Assembly (NCBI RefSeq): GCF_009914755.1 | Contig: NC_060927.1 | Direction: 5' to 3' (one strand) | DNA length: 64,000 nucleotides | Source of the DNA: the human T2T-CHM13v2.0 reference genome, Homo sapiens | In this document: one piece after another, positions 1-15,999 of the stretch | How the letters are laid out: every line of letters begins with the position of its first letter | How positions within the stretch are numbered: position 1 is the stretch's first letter | Program-made: the position numbers and the translations under genes | The notes under the pieces: generated by a model | What the model saw: only the letters and a program-made list of their open reading frames with translations | Database searches by the model: none | What the model was told of the DNA's origin: nothing

Positions 1-359
1 GATTGAAAGAAATTATTATCTATATCTACATAAATGAATGGAAATGTGTCAGTTACAGCATCTCATGAAAGTTGCTGGAGGGATTTTTGGCAAACTTGGA
101 GGGGCTGTTTGAAGTGGACCTACTTAAAAATATAGGCTATGTGGCATAAATAGAATTCACTTTGGTTTGACTTGTAAGATGAGGACTGGCACATCACAGA
201 ACTGGGCCTTCACCGTCTAGAGTACCTGGTTTGCAATGGAGCTGTTCCTCAAGAGAATGGCAAACAACAGGTGCTCTGAGGTGAGTATAATCAGTAATTA
301 TTTAAAGAAGGCTAGTGATTCCCCTGATAATAATGCTGGTTAATAGATCTAGTAATGCC

Positions 360-560
360 GTAATCACTAACATTCTCTAAACTCTCACTATGTGTCAGGA
401 ACAATTCTAAGACTTGTGCTATGTCATCAAATCTTCAAAATAATTCCACATGTAAGGTATTTTTATTAACCCCTTCTCACCTCCCCCCATTTTACAAATG
501 AGAAAAAAACTAGACAAAGTAAATGCTCATAAAGCCAGTAGGCAGCAGTGTTAGGAGTAA
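360..560 (-). mobile_element. MIR fragment, degraded
   Basis: 'ctcactatgtgtcagg' and 'ccccattttacaaatgagaaaa' resemble the reverse MIR core. Confidence 0.5.
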
Positions 561-624
561 AGCACATCTGCTTATTTGAAAGCTATTGTACTTGATGGCT
601 ACCTTCTAAGACATTAAAAATCAG

Positions 625-1093
625 TAACACAAATAAATCAAACACAGAAATACAAATACTGCATTATCTCACTTATACGTGGAATCTCAAGAAGTCAAAC
701 ATAAAAACAGAATAGAAGGTGTTTGTTAGGGGCTGAGGTTATGGGGGAAATGGTAGGACTTTGGTCGAAGAGTATAAACTTTCAATTATAAGAGGATTAA
801 GCTCTGAGGATCAAATGTACAGCATGGTAACTATAGTTAATAATAACCTATTACATACTTGAAATTTGCGAAGAGGGTGGATCTTAAGAATTCTCACCCC
901 CCCCCCCCCCCCACACACACACATACACATATTGCTAACTTTATGAGCTGATGGATGTGTTAATTAGCCTGATTTGTAATTACTCTATAACACATATGTA
1001 CATCAAAATAACACATTATACACCTTAAACACGTACATTTTGTGTTGTATATGTTTTATTGTCAATTATAACTCAATAAAGCTGGAAAAAAAT
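625..1093 (+). mobile_element. Old L1 3' end (L1MA8-10-like)
   Basis: 'tctcacttatacgtggaatct...tacagcatggtaactatagttaataataa...tacttgaaatttgc' ending in aataaa plus an A tract. Confidence 0.85.
897..928. repeat. poly-C (about 16) followed by (CA)n
   Basis: seen directly, inside the L1MA 3'UTR. Confidence 0.9.
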
Positions 1094-2504
1094 TAGTAAC
1101 ACAATCTTCACCAATACATCCCTGGTAAAAGGAGATGATATAAAAGTCAGCAAAGTCATCAGCGAATTGACAACAGAAGAAGCCAAGCGGTTTGTAATTT
1201 AAGTTAGAAGGTTGGAAACCAGAGATTAGAGGAAACCCACCATGGAGCAATACAAGCCATGGTATAGGTAAGGACCAGAGAGAACTCCTCAACTTTCTCT
1301 GTGCTTTAGACATACAAAAAAATGCAATGGAAAGGCAGCTTGAATCAGAACAAGAAACTGGTACCTCTTTGGTACCAGTCTTTTCTTATTGTGATAAAAT
1401 TGACAATTTTATCAATTGTCAAATGTGGAGTGATAACTAGCCCTTCTCGGAAATGACTTCATGGAGACGTCAAAAGAAAAATCTCAGCTAGATAGCCATA
1501 TGCCCAGGTAGAACTCTGGTACTCTACTACAGAAATATGGGCAGTCAGCACCCAGAGGTTTTACAAGTCACCCCTGCTCTCATTTAACCCAAATGAAGAA
1601 TTACTTTAATCAACTGATCTTAGAGGTACAAGGACTGGATTCTTCAATTGGTTGGTTAGGAAAAAGCATAAGTGGGCTTTATTTTATTTGCTAATAATAA
1701 AACAAATACACATTTATCCTGGAAATTTTTGAATGTGCCGAACTGTATAAAGAAATATAAATTACCCATACGGCCACCCTTCAGAGGTAATCAATGTCAG
1801 CTGACACAATGTTTTCAGACCCTCTATCTACTGCTAACTTCGGATCACAGATGACCTACTAAAGACTGAGATGTTCTAAAGGAAACTGATTTATAATTAA
1901 CAAAGCCTGTATAACTTGTGCTGAAAGTCTATGAGGAGAAAATCCTCTTTTCCCTTCTTCTCAGGCTCTGAACAACCATTTCTTCTCCTGTGATGGACAA
2001 TTTGATTAAGGCAAACTGCCTACACTCAGAAAAAGTGACATGTTATTGGGGCAGAGGATTTTGCTGTAGCCATTAGAGATAAGATTGACTGGTGATACAG
2101 AAATATGTGCTTTTCTAGGAGAGCCAGAGCCAGATCTTCAGATAGCACTTCCTTTGTTAGCTTCAGACCAAATTCAACAAAGTACCTAAGGGAAAGAAAT
2201 TAGTTGGCAAATCACTTGCTTATCACATCTTTTCCTATTTTAGGGCTGTCATCCTTTAAGGGAATATGGTGGGTGAAAAACTGACACTTCTCCATCACAG
2301 AAGGTTCTTTCTCAAGATTTTGTTACTTTGTGTTGGGAAAGAGCCCTTCTCCAAGCTCTCTCCTTGGTGAAACTAGCATAAGATAAGGTCAAGGACAACT
2401 TTCAGCGACATTTCCTCTTTGCTTTTATAGAGTGCATTTGTGTTTCTGATGGGTGCTGTAAGAACTGTACATGTGTTCACATGCATACAGAAATACATCT
2501 CTTT

Positions 2505-3016
2505 GATGTATTCACCATTCAGCAAATATTTATTCACTCTTGTCAATCTCTATGTGCCAGGGGCTATTTTCATTGCTGATGCTGTGGTTATAAAATCACG
2601 AAGCCTCTGCCTTGATAGAGTTTACCTTTTAGTAGGTGATACAGACAATAAACAAATAAATAGTATTTAGTATTATTTGAAGTAATGCCAACCACAACTA
2701 AAGAAAACTTAAAAGCATCGAGCAGACATAATCGGTAATCAATGCTTCTATTTTACATGGGATAGTCAAGGGAAAATTCTCTAAGGAGGTGCCTTGGAGC
2801 AGACATATGAATAAAGTGAAGAAGCAAGTCCATGCATAACTGCAAGAAAAACCAAACAGACCAAGAGCAAATGCAAAGGCCTTGAGAGCGGGGGTGGGGG
2901 TTGGGGGGGTGGAATGTGCTTGGCTTCTCAAGAAACAGCAGGAGGGAAACGCTTGTGCTGGAGTGAGCAGAGCAAATAGGAGTGAGAGGAAAGACCTTAG
3001 AGATCAGCTAAGCAGA
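2505..3016 (-). mobile_element. L2 3' region
   Basis: 'cattcagcaaatatttatt...ctatgtgccagg...acagacaataaacaaataaat' is typical antisense L2. Confidence 0.7.
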
Positions 3017-3021
3017 GCTTT

Positions 3022-5803
<2,782 letters not shown>

Positions 5804-5899
5804 TCATCATGGCACAATCACTCTCTGGTTTCTCCCTGCTTCTGCAGCCCTGAAGCCTAAACTTTTTCACAGGATACCCACAGTCTTTGATAATCTGGA

Positions 5900-6337
5900 C
5901 ACCATTTAATATTCAGCTCCAAGCCTAGCCCACAGTCACTATTATTTTTTTCAGTTGTACTGAGCTAGCTTATGTGTCCAAACTTCCCAGGTATTTCCTT
6001 GCCTCTTTGCCTTTGTGTGGACAATTTTCTCAGCCTCAAATGCCTTTATCAACATTGACCTAGTGAATTATGATCCTCTGAGAGAAAACATCTTTTATGG
6101 AAGGCTTTTTCTGGCTCGTACAGATAATCACACTTGTCTTTATGCTATTTCTAGCATATTTTATAGCTGCTTTGTAGTAATTACTTGTTTGCATTGCTAC
6201 TTCCCATAGAAAAAGTTGTGCTTTGTGCAGTCACAGACTAGGTCTTTTTCTTTATATGCCTGATGTAAGCACATGTAAGTACAAGGTCACATAGCACAGT
6301 ACAAAATTAATAAGTGACTTCTGAATAAATGAATGAG
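5900..6337 (+). mobile_element. L2 3' end
   Basis: degraded L2 body ending 'tgaataaatgaatga'. Confidence 0.6.
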
Positions 6338-7369
6338 CTTGTGCGTGCCTAAATGCATGAAAAGTTGTCTGAATGAATTTGGGATTTTGTTTTACTTCAG
6401 GTCAATGATACAAAAAGTCATCACAAAATGGACTTCTCTTTCATTCTTATTCAGCCAGGAAAACAATTTTTGCCTGAACTTTTTCTTCTTCTAATAGAAA
6501 AGTGCAAGTGAAGTGAATGTCAAGAATGTTCTATGCATGAAAAATAAAATAGCTACATAATACACCTGTCAAAATGGTGTTTAAAATAAAATGCTACCAG
6601 ACCCATATGACTGAAGAGGTTTTGTGGGAGTTGCTATTATAAAGCAGTTTTTAACACTCTGCTCAGAAAATTGTCACCTACGTGAAACTTTCAGAGCAAC
6701 TGTGACTTAGAGTTGCAACTGCACTTGACATTACCAGTAAGTCATTTTAAACATTTCATGCATCTATTCATTGGTTTGCAAATCTATAGAATGGGCCAAC
6801 TTGTATGTTGTAAAGGCTAAGTGTGAAAAGAATGAAAGACATTTTAAAATTTTTCTTTAAATAAGTTTGTCCTTTACTTAAGGTAAATATCTAAATTTAA
6901 AATAGAATGCTAAGTATATAAAAGTAATATGTTTCTAAATATTACATAGGAATAAGAAACGATTTCCAATATGATTTAATGATATAATTAAGTTGGAAGT
7001 AAAATGTCTTCATAAAAGTTGAGATACTAAACATAAGAAGTAGGCTTAGGAATTGAACTAAAGATGGTTTTATTGCACTATTTATTCGTGTCCAACTTCT
7101 ATTTTCTTTTCTCACTTTTCTAATTACCTTAAGTGCTGTTTGTCTTCTTTCTCTAGTCTGGGCAGGGCTGGGCTGGTCAGTTTCTGAGGTCCCACTTGCA
7201 AAGCCTAATAAAGGAAATGCTCAAGGTGAACCTGTGGTGGACATTGAAATCATGGATGGGCAGACCTAATGCAAATGTAGAAATCAAATTTGGCAATTTT
7301 GACTTGGGAGTCTAAATGCATTAACAAAATGGAGGAAACAAAGGAGGAATTGACAGCTGAGGTCCACAG

Positions 7370-8222
7370 TGTCTATGAAAAAGAATCAAATTCTGTAAAT
7401 TATTTAGAGATTTATTCTGAGTCAAATATGAGTGACCAAGGCCCAAGGCACTGTCTCAAGAGGTCCTGAGAGCATATGCCTAAGGTGATTGGATTACAGC
7501 TTGGTTTTATACATTTTAGGAGAACAGAAGTTACAGGAAAGGAGGAACAACTCAAAGTGGGGGCTTCCAGGTCATAGGCAGATTCAAAGATTTTCTCACT
7601 GGCAATTGGTTGAAAGAGTTAAATTACTATCTAAAGATCTGGATCAATGGAAAAAAGCATCTGGGTTAAGATAAGGAACTGTGGAGATGAAGGTTCTTAT
7701 TATGTAGATGAAGCTTCCAGGCAGCCTTCAAAGAAAATAGATGGTAAATGTCTCTTGTCAGACCCTGAAAGGTGCCACATGCTTAGATAATTTTTTCCTG
7801 GATCAGGAAAAATTTTCTCCTGGACCTAGAAAGGGAAGAAATCTATAGAATGTTGATTTTCCCCACAAGAGATAGCTTTGCAGGGCCATTTCAAAATATA
7901 TCAAAGAAATATACTTTGGGGTAAAATACTTTGATTTCTTTCAGGCCATGCTGTCATGTGATGCTATACTACCATCAGGTTGGAATTTGGTCTCTTATTG
8001 CTACAAAGAATCTGTTTAGTCAGTCTTAAGATCTGTTTTAATGTTAATTCTGGTCAGTTGTGCCTGAATTCCAAAGAGAGGGGCATTCAATAAGGCATGT
8101 CTGACTTCTCCTTCCCATCAGGGCCTGAACTAGTTTTTCGAATTTACTTTGTAATCCCCTTGACCAAGGGTAGGGGCCCATTCAGTTGGTTGGGGGACTA
8201 AGAATTTTATTTTTGGTTTACA
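7370..8222 (-). mobile_element. MER4-family (ERV1) solo LTR
   Basis: TG...CA ends; reverse strand starts 'tgtaaaccaaaaataaaattct'; 4-bp flanks acag/gcag. Confidence 0.9.
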
Positions 8223-9155
8223 GCAGCCAGGAGAAGTAGGCAGCAAGGGAAAGAGTGGAGAAGAGAGGAAGAGGTAATACACCTAACATTTATTCAGTGC
8301 TTACCATAGTGTCAGGCGTTATTTAAAATGCCAGAAGCAGAGAGTACACAATTAGCCAACAACATTCTTGCACCTACCTGGATTAGACTTGGTTATCTGT
8401 TGCAATAATTACCTGGCACAGGTGGTTTGGTTTATAGGAGGACCTGCAGTGGTAACACGGATAGCCATTATTTTCCATGACTTCATATCCTCTTGATTCA
8501 CTGCTTACCACTGGTGTTTCTCCTTCCCTTTGTTTTCAGTTCTTTAGTTTGATTGTGGATTCCTAAACCAAAATTACTAACCTTTTGATTTTCTCTAAAT
8601 ATGTTCCCTTTTTGACTGGAAATACTGTCAATACTTAAACAGGACATCTAATGATGATTCACAGATCTTTAACATTCTCCCTAATCAACTGCATGTCATA
8701 ATCACTACTTGGATGTCCCCTTATCACTTAAACTTACCATGGTCATCCTTGTCACTTTCAAAGCAACTTCTCAAGACATTAACGTAATTAACGTAATTAT
8801 ACATTTTAGAGAGTTATTTTAGACATTATTAATTTGTTCATTTTTTATTTGCAAACTGATTGATTCTAGGTTTCATGTCTTTTTCTACATGGTTGTTTAG
8901 AACACCTAGCACAGTGCTTGGCACATGGAGGGACTCATCACAGAATCAGTTTATTGAAGCAAACTCAGTAATAAGTAAATATGAAGCAACTGAGTGTCTA
9001 CAAAAACATAATTTAGTTAAAATATTTGAAGCTGTTCATAAAACATCTCTAGCAATAGTTTCAACCCTGGAATCTGTGTGTTCATAAATTATTTTCAAAA
9101 TTTCAAGGAACATAAAATGTACCATATATTTTGTTGAGAAAAATTATATACTTAC

Positions 9156-9754
9156 TTTACAGGAAGGGAGTCTTGATCCAGACCCCAAGAGAGGGTTCTT
9201 GGATCTCACACAAGAAAGAATTCAGGGCAAGTCCATACAGTAAAGTGAAAGCAAGTTTATTAGGAGAGTGAAGGAATAAAAGAACAGCTATTCCATAGAC
9301 AGAGCAGCCCCAAGGGCTGCTGGTTGTTCATTTCTATGATTATTTCTTTATGACCCCAATGGCTGCTGGTTGTCCATTTTTATGGTTATTTCTTGAGCAA
9401 ATGCTAAACGAGGGGTGGTTTATTCATGCCTCCCCCTTTTAGACCATAAGTGGTAACTTCCTGATGTTGCCATGGCATCTGTAAACTGTCATGGCACTGG
9501 TGGGTGTATAGCTGTGAGGATAAACTGAGGTCACTCTTGTGGCCATCTTGGTTTTGGTGGGTTTGGGCCGTCTTTGTTACTGTGACTTGTTTTATCAGCA
9601 AGGTTTTTATGACCTGCATTTTGTGCTGACCTACTATCTCATCCCATGACTTGGAATGCCTTAACCATCTGGGAATGCAGCCCAGTAGGTTTCAGCCTCA
9701 TTTTACCTAACTACTATTTAAGATGGAGTTGCTCAGGTTCACACACGTCTGACA
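9156..9754 (-). mobile_element. MER41 solo LTR, MER41A-type
   Basis: reverse strand starts 'tgtcagacgtgtgtgaacctgagcaactccatctt' and ends 'gatccaagaaccctctcttggggtctggatc'; lacks the MER41B GAS segment; flanks cttac/cctac. Confidence 0.9.
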
Positions 9755-9834
9755 CCTACACATATATGGAATAACACAGAGATTTCAATAGTAGTGCCAT
9801 TTAAAGCACCAAACAGAAACCACAAAATTTTTAT

Positions 9835-10145
9835 TAATTAGGGCTAGTAAAAGAAAATGTGATACATCAATAAAACAGCATACCACATTAAATACTACGT
9901 GTATGTCTTTGTTCAAGAGAAAATCATAAGGTACAGAACATTGTGTGAATATTATTGTTCCGCTTGGATTTACTGGAAGAATGTATACTGTACATGAAAC
10001 TGGGAGATTAGGATTATAGCTAGTGTTAGGGTTAGTGTTTGGGGCAGAAGCTCGAAAGTCAAGCTTACAAGGAAGACTAAGTTTTCACTGTATATTCTTT
10101 ATAATATTTAAATTTTTACCAGATGCTTACATTAGCTTTTTTTTA
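9835..10145 (+). mobile_element. Old L1M(E) 3' fragment
   Basis: 'aagaaaatgtgatacatc' through 'tttaaatttttacca' resembles ancient L1 3' ends. Confidence 0.45.
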
Positions 10146-10899
10146 AAGAAAAGATAACATCTCCAGATGATTTAGACAAAAGACAAGACATGTAAAAATT
10201 GCAGAGAAATCTGAGACAAGGCTTAATATTCAAATAAAACCAGAATGAATTTCAGAATATTCCTTCCAAAGCATTCTTCTTTTAAGATATGACATTATAG
10301 CTCAAGGGATCAGAGTCAATATTCTTGGATAGCTAGAACTTTTTGTAATGACTTTCCTGTTCTTTTTGTTCCAAGAGTATCACCTTCATTTAGTATATAC
10401 CTGAAAGAGTCAGGAAAACTTACTTGGTGCTAGTTAGTTGCAGGTTTTGGCAGCCAAGGCTGTAGATAAGCAAAGGGGAATCTTTCAAATTTCTCATTTA
10501 TGATATTTAAAAACACATTTAATCTGTGTGAGCAGGTTTAGAAGTACTGTAAATCATTTTGTGTGAATTGTAATGATAAATTATAGACTGAAGAACGCCC
10601 TGAGAGTAGGTATGATGTTTCGTATGCCTGAATGGTCTTGGACTGGGACATTGCCCAAGTCCCAAAGTACATTGGCTTCCTTATAAAAGTATTTCCAACT
10701 GTTTTAGCTAACTCTTCTTTCTGTCCTCAAAGTTACCAAAGAACACAGAAATTATGCAAAAGTGGGTTCTAATACAGTTTTACTTTTATATAGATAAGGC
10801 ATATAATCCCACTAAAATTTGTTATATACAAATGAGTCAAAGATGACTTTTGTGAATTGGCCCCTAGGTTGCTTACTTCTTCAGTATAACTGAAATTTT

Positions 10900-11265
10900 T
10901 ATATAGCAGATGGTTTTAAACATAGCCCAAACAAGCACATTTTAGCCATTTAGAACCTGACTGCTTTGCATACGATGGTAAAAATCTGGTAGCCATAGAT
11001 GAGAATAATTTCTGGTGCTGTTGAGCAGACATCACTCAGATAGGTAAGCCTCCTTTCTGATCTTCCTCTCCCCAGGAATTCCCTTTCCCTCTTCCTCTTC
11101 TGAGTAGAAACCCCCACTGCCTCTAGCCTCTGGCCAGATGCCTGCTATGAAGGACTTGCCTGCATGCAAACCTGTCAAAGCAACACTCAATGAAGCTTGT
11201 GTGCGCTACTGCCACCTCGTGGTCGATTATTTTCCTTACTTAGCCCCCAAATCCCTTGAATTGTA
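10900..11265 (+). mobile_element. Probable ERV LTR, family not assigned
   Basis: LTR-like composition with a polyA-signal/U5-like block 'caatgaagcttgtgtgcgctactgccacctcgtggtc'. Confidence 0.45.
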
Positions 11266-11540
11266 GCTCCTCCAAATTGAAATGATTTTTTTTTGAATTA
11301 TAGTAATATAACTTCGAGATAATTACCTAGTTCTGATTAGAAGATGCAATTTGTAGGGTGAAAATAAATTGTTGTTAACTTGCCTTGGAGAAAAAAACTG
11401 AATTGCATGGGTTATCACTACAAAGAGGTTGAACTTTCTCATTTCTAATTTACAGTCTGAAGATAATGAGCTATTGTTAGGTTATGTAGTCGACTTAAGG
11501 TCACATAATTAATGACCTCTTAGGTTTTGAACTTAGGATA

Positions 11541-11895
11541 TTGTTTAAAGAAAAAGCTTAGACTAATAAAATTTAACAGAATTTAACTGAGCAAAGACTG
11601 ATTCGTAGAATCGGGCAGCACCCAGAACCAGAATACGTTTAGAGTGGCCCCAGGGCTGTCACGTGGTCAGACAACTTTTAGGGACAGATAAAGAACAGTG
11701 ATTTACAGAAAATGGAAATGAGCTACAGAAACAGCTGGATGGGTTACAGTTGAGCCTTCAGTTAATTTGAATCTGCCTTCAACAGTTGATTGCTGGTGAT
11801 GGGCTGAGACTGTTTCTTTTTAATAGAGTAGGTTACTGTCTGTTTACACATCAGATGAGGTTACAGTTAAATATGTTGGATGAAACCTTTAAGTT
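11541..11895 (-). mobile_element. MER57-family LTR
   Basis: 'ttaactgagcaaagactgattcg..aatcgggcagc' and 'tacagaaacagctggat..gttacag' match the reverse MER57 pattern. Confidence 0.8.
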
Positions 11896-12053
11896 TGATA
11901 TTTCCTTTTTCCAAATTGTCTGTCTTTTCTTCTTTTACAAAGTAATAAGGTTTATCTTCTTTTTCTATCTTCTCTTAATTTTTTAAATTGATGGAATTTG
12001 AGTTTTTACTTCAAATTTCAGCTATTATAAACAAATAATTTTGTGTTTTGTGC

Positions 12054-12425
12054 TGTATTGGCCCGTTCTCACACTGCTATAAAGAAATACCTGAGACTGG
12101 ATAATTTATAAAGGAAAGAAGTTTAATTGACTCACAGTTCCACATGGCTGCAGAGGCCTCAGGAAACTTACAGTCATGGCGGGGAGGCAAAGGAGAAGCA
12201 AGTACTTTTTTAACAAGGTGGCAGGAGAGGGTGAAGAGGGAAGAGGCCATTATAAAACCATCAGGTCTCATGAGAACTCACTCACTATCAGGAGAACAGC
12301 ATGAGGGAAACTGCCCCCCATGAGCCAATCACCTCCCACCAGGTCCCTCCCGCAACACGTGGGGATTACAATTCCTATTGCAATTTGAGATGAGATTCTG
12401 ATGAGGACACAGCCAAACCATATTT
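12054..12425 (-). mobile_element. THE1C/D MaLR solo LTR
   Basis: 'tgtatt..ccgttctcacactgctataaag...cacagccaaaccatat'; 5-bp TSD TGTGC at 12049-12053 and 12426-12430. Confidence 0.92.
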
Positions 12426-12484
12426 TGTGCATTAAACAATCTTACGCATTTAACCTTACACTTATGTGATTATTTATGTATCTT

Positions 12485-12870
12485 TCAAAAGTCTTGGTTG
12501 CAAGTAACAGAAACCAAACCTGGTTACCTTAAAAAGTAAAAAAGAGTGCATCGAGGGGCCGTATTTTCCTCATGGAGATGAATGGAACCTGGGAGAGAAC
12601 TTTGAAGATAAGTAGGAATCAATTAAACTCCAGAGGGCTGGGCAGCAGGAATGCTAGGGAAGGGTTTCAGCACAACAATTCATTCATTAAAGTCATTACA
12701 ATGAAACAAAACATCTCTAAACTGCCTTACCACCCTGTGACATCAACTTGAGGAGATAAAGTTATGGGAGCCAGCTCCTGATTGGCAGAAGTCACTTGTT
12801 TTCTGAGTGAGGAGAGGATGCATGCGACCACTTCAGCTTCCATAGAGGACAGTTGCTTCTACCTGACAGG
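12485..12870. mobile_element. Old MLT1-type LTR fragment
   Basis: 'ttggttgcaagtaacagaaacc' is a typical MLT1J/K/L motif. Confidence 0.5.
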
Positions 12871-12899
12871 TATCTCCAAATCACATAGGTGAAAAGAGT

Positions 12900-15340
12900 G
12901 CACTCATTATGGGTTTAAATTGCATTTTAGGAAATTTGAAAATTTTGAGTTAAGATAAGAATGTTTTAAAAATAAAATCCATTTGACTTCCCATTTTCTA
13001 TTAGGGTATGAGTCATTTTCTTACTAATTAGTAAGAGTTATTTCTATAATAAGACAATTAGTTCTCTGTTACAGGTAATTAAAATATTAAAAATTGATTT
13101 GACTTTTTATTATATATTTTAATATGCATATGTATCATTTTCTTTTCCTTCTATGCACTATTTTGCTAGTCTTACAAAGTCATCTCCAACTGCAAGATTA
13201 TTGTCATAAAAACAAAGCAAAAGCCTCTTGTTCTTATTTTAAAAACTTCCATGGTTTTGTTTTCAGTATCTAAAAATTCTACCCATTACCTGGAATTTAT
13301 TTTAATACTAGAAATAAAGCAGCATTCAAGCTTTATTAATTTTAAAAAATTGATTTGTTGGTTGCCTCTTGTCTCAAATGACTAAAATGCTATCTGCATC
13401 ATAAAATTAATTCTTACATATATTTAGCTTTACTTTTGGACAATGCATTATTTTCTGTATATTTTAATTATTGTATACTTATATATGTTTTAAAATCTGA
13501 TTGGACTAGTTCCTCTTCCTTATTCTTACTTTTCAGAACTTTCCGAGAACTGTTTCTACTTATTTTTACATATTAATTCTAAATGTAGCTCTACTGATTT
13601 CTTAAAAAATATTTTGGTTTGGGGACATTTTACATTTATGTATTATGGAGAATGGATATCTATAAAATATTGAAACTTTCAAGGAAAGAAGCATTTTATT
13701 TTTTTTACATGCTTTTGTTTATTTTTTAACCAACCAAAATTCTGATAACCTCATATCCATTGTATGGACATAGCACACTTTGATTATCCCTTCATCAGTT
13801 GATGGACATTTGGGTTGTTTCCATATTCTGGCTATTAATAAAAATGCTGCCATGGACATTCATGTACAGGTTTTTGTGTAGACATATGTCATTTCTTGGG
13901 TATAGATCTAGAAGTGAAATTGCTGGGTCATATGATAACTTTATGTTTAATATTTTGAGGATCGTCAAACAGTTTTCCAAAGTGGCTCTACCATTTGACA
14001 GGCTAATCAGCAATATATGAGACTTCCAGTTTATCTACATCCTTGCCAAGATGTTTTATTATAGTCATACTAAATAGTAAATGTGAAGTGGTATCTCAAG
14101 CTGGTTTTGATTTGCATTTTCCTAATGACTAATAATGTTGAGAATCTTCTCATGTGTTTGTTGTGCATGTGTATATTTTCTTTGAAAAAAACATTCAGAT
14201 TATTTGCTTATTTTTAAAACAGATTATGTTTTCCTTCTTTTATTGAATTATAAAAGTTCTTTACATATTCTTGATAGAAGTCTCTTATCAGATATGTAAT
14301 GTGCAAATACTTTCTCCTTGTGTATATATGTCCATGGATTGTCTCTTCACTTTTGCATGGTGTCCTTTACAACATTATCTGATTTTGAGAAACTCAAATA
14401 TTCCCATTTTTCTTTTGACACTTGTACTTTTGTGCCAAGAGCCAAGGCCCTAATCCAAGATGATGAAGTTTTACCACAATTTTTAAAATAGTTTTACTGT
14501 TTTAGCCTTTCATTTGTGACAATGATGCACTTTGAGATAATTAACTTTTCTGTATTGTATAAAGGAAGGATTCAACTTCATTCTTTGCATGTGAATATCC
14601 AGTGATCTCAGGACCACTTGTTTATATTATTATTTTGATGTAATAGTGAATTCTCTTTTAAAATAAATTGTTTTCCTCAATATTCAAAAATTAGATTGTT
14701 CTATGTTTTAGATATTATTATTAATGCTATGTAGAATTTATACAAGATGTTTGTAAACTTTTATCTCTGGCAAAGTTTAAATTTCATTAGATATATATTA
14801 TATTAAAAATTGGAAGAAATTGTCTGGGACTAGTGTTTAATTGGTCTAATAGATTATTGCTACATTTTTGAACATCCTCTGTATAATGATTTGCAAGGAT
14901 TTTTCATTTATTCTTAGGTAAGTTTGGGTAACTTTCATTTTTCTAGTAAAGAATAATTAATTTGTATGCTTAAATTTCCAAGTGGTAAAATTTTTTCTTC
15001 CATGTTTGATTTAATGTTTAGCTTTCCAGCATTGTGATCTAAATAATATTTTCTGCATTGTTATGTCAGATTTCATTTTTGCATAATAGTCAAATTTTGT
15101 ACATTTTTCATAATATTTGAAAAGGAAGTAGATTCCCTTCTTTTACATTATAACAGCTAGTAAAAACACCCACTGTACTTATTTTATTGAATTTGTGATT
15201 TATACTTTTATAGCCTAACTTATTTTCATTCTGCCTGATCTATCATGAACCAGGAGATATAAATGGGGTTGCCTACTACTATGTCTTGCTTAATTTCTCT
15301 CCTTGGATTTTGCTGGAGATTTTGCTTTATGCATTTTCAT
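12900..15340 (-). mobile_element. Old L1M fragments, including an L1MB-like piece at about 13755-14620
   Basis: 'ttgatggacatttgggttgtttcc', 'gtggtatctc...ttgatttgcattt'; ORF 13795..14013 resembles the ORF2 C-terminus (YDPAISLL). Confidence 0.75.
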
Positions 15341-15358
15341 TTTTAAAAATTTCGATGC

Positions 15359-15723
<365 letters not shown>

Positions 15724-15999
15724 TCATTGTTTCATGTTCTTGCTGTTGCTGTTCCACAGTTTGAAGCTTGATTTTAACCATGTCAAATATTAGTATCTCA
15801 ATATTTTCTTTCTCTTAATTTGCATTTGCCTATTTTTTACCAATCATTTTATTTTTTACTTTTCTTGGTCATTTTATATTAGATACGTCAAGTATAAAAT
15901 ATATGGGTGAATTGTGACCTAGTGGAATAATCTTTTTTTTTTGCCATCATAAGCTACTTTATTCTCTTTATTTTACTTGTGCCTGTGCTGTATAATTTC

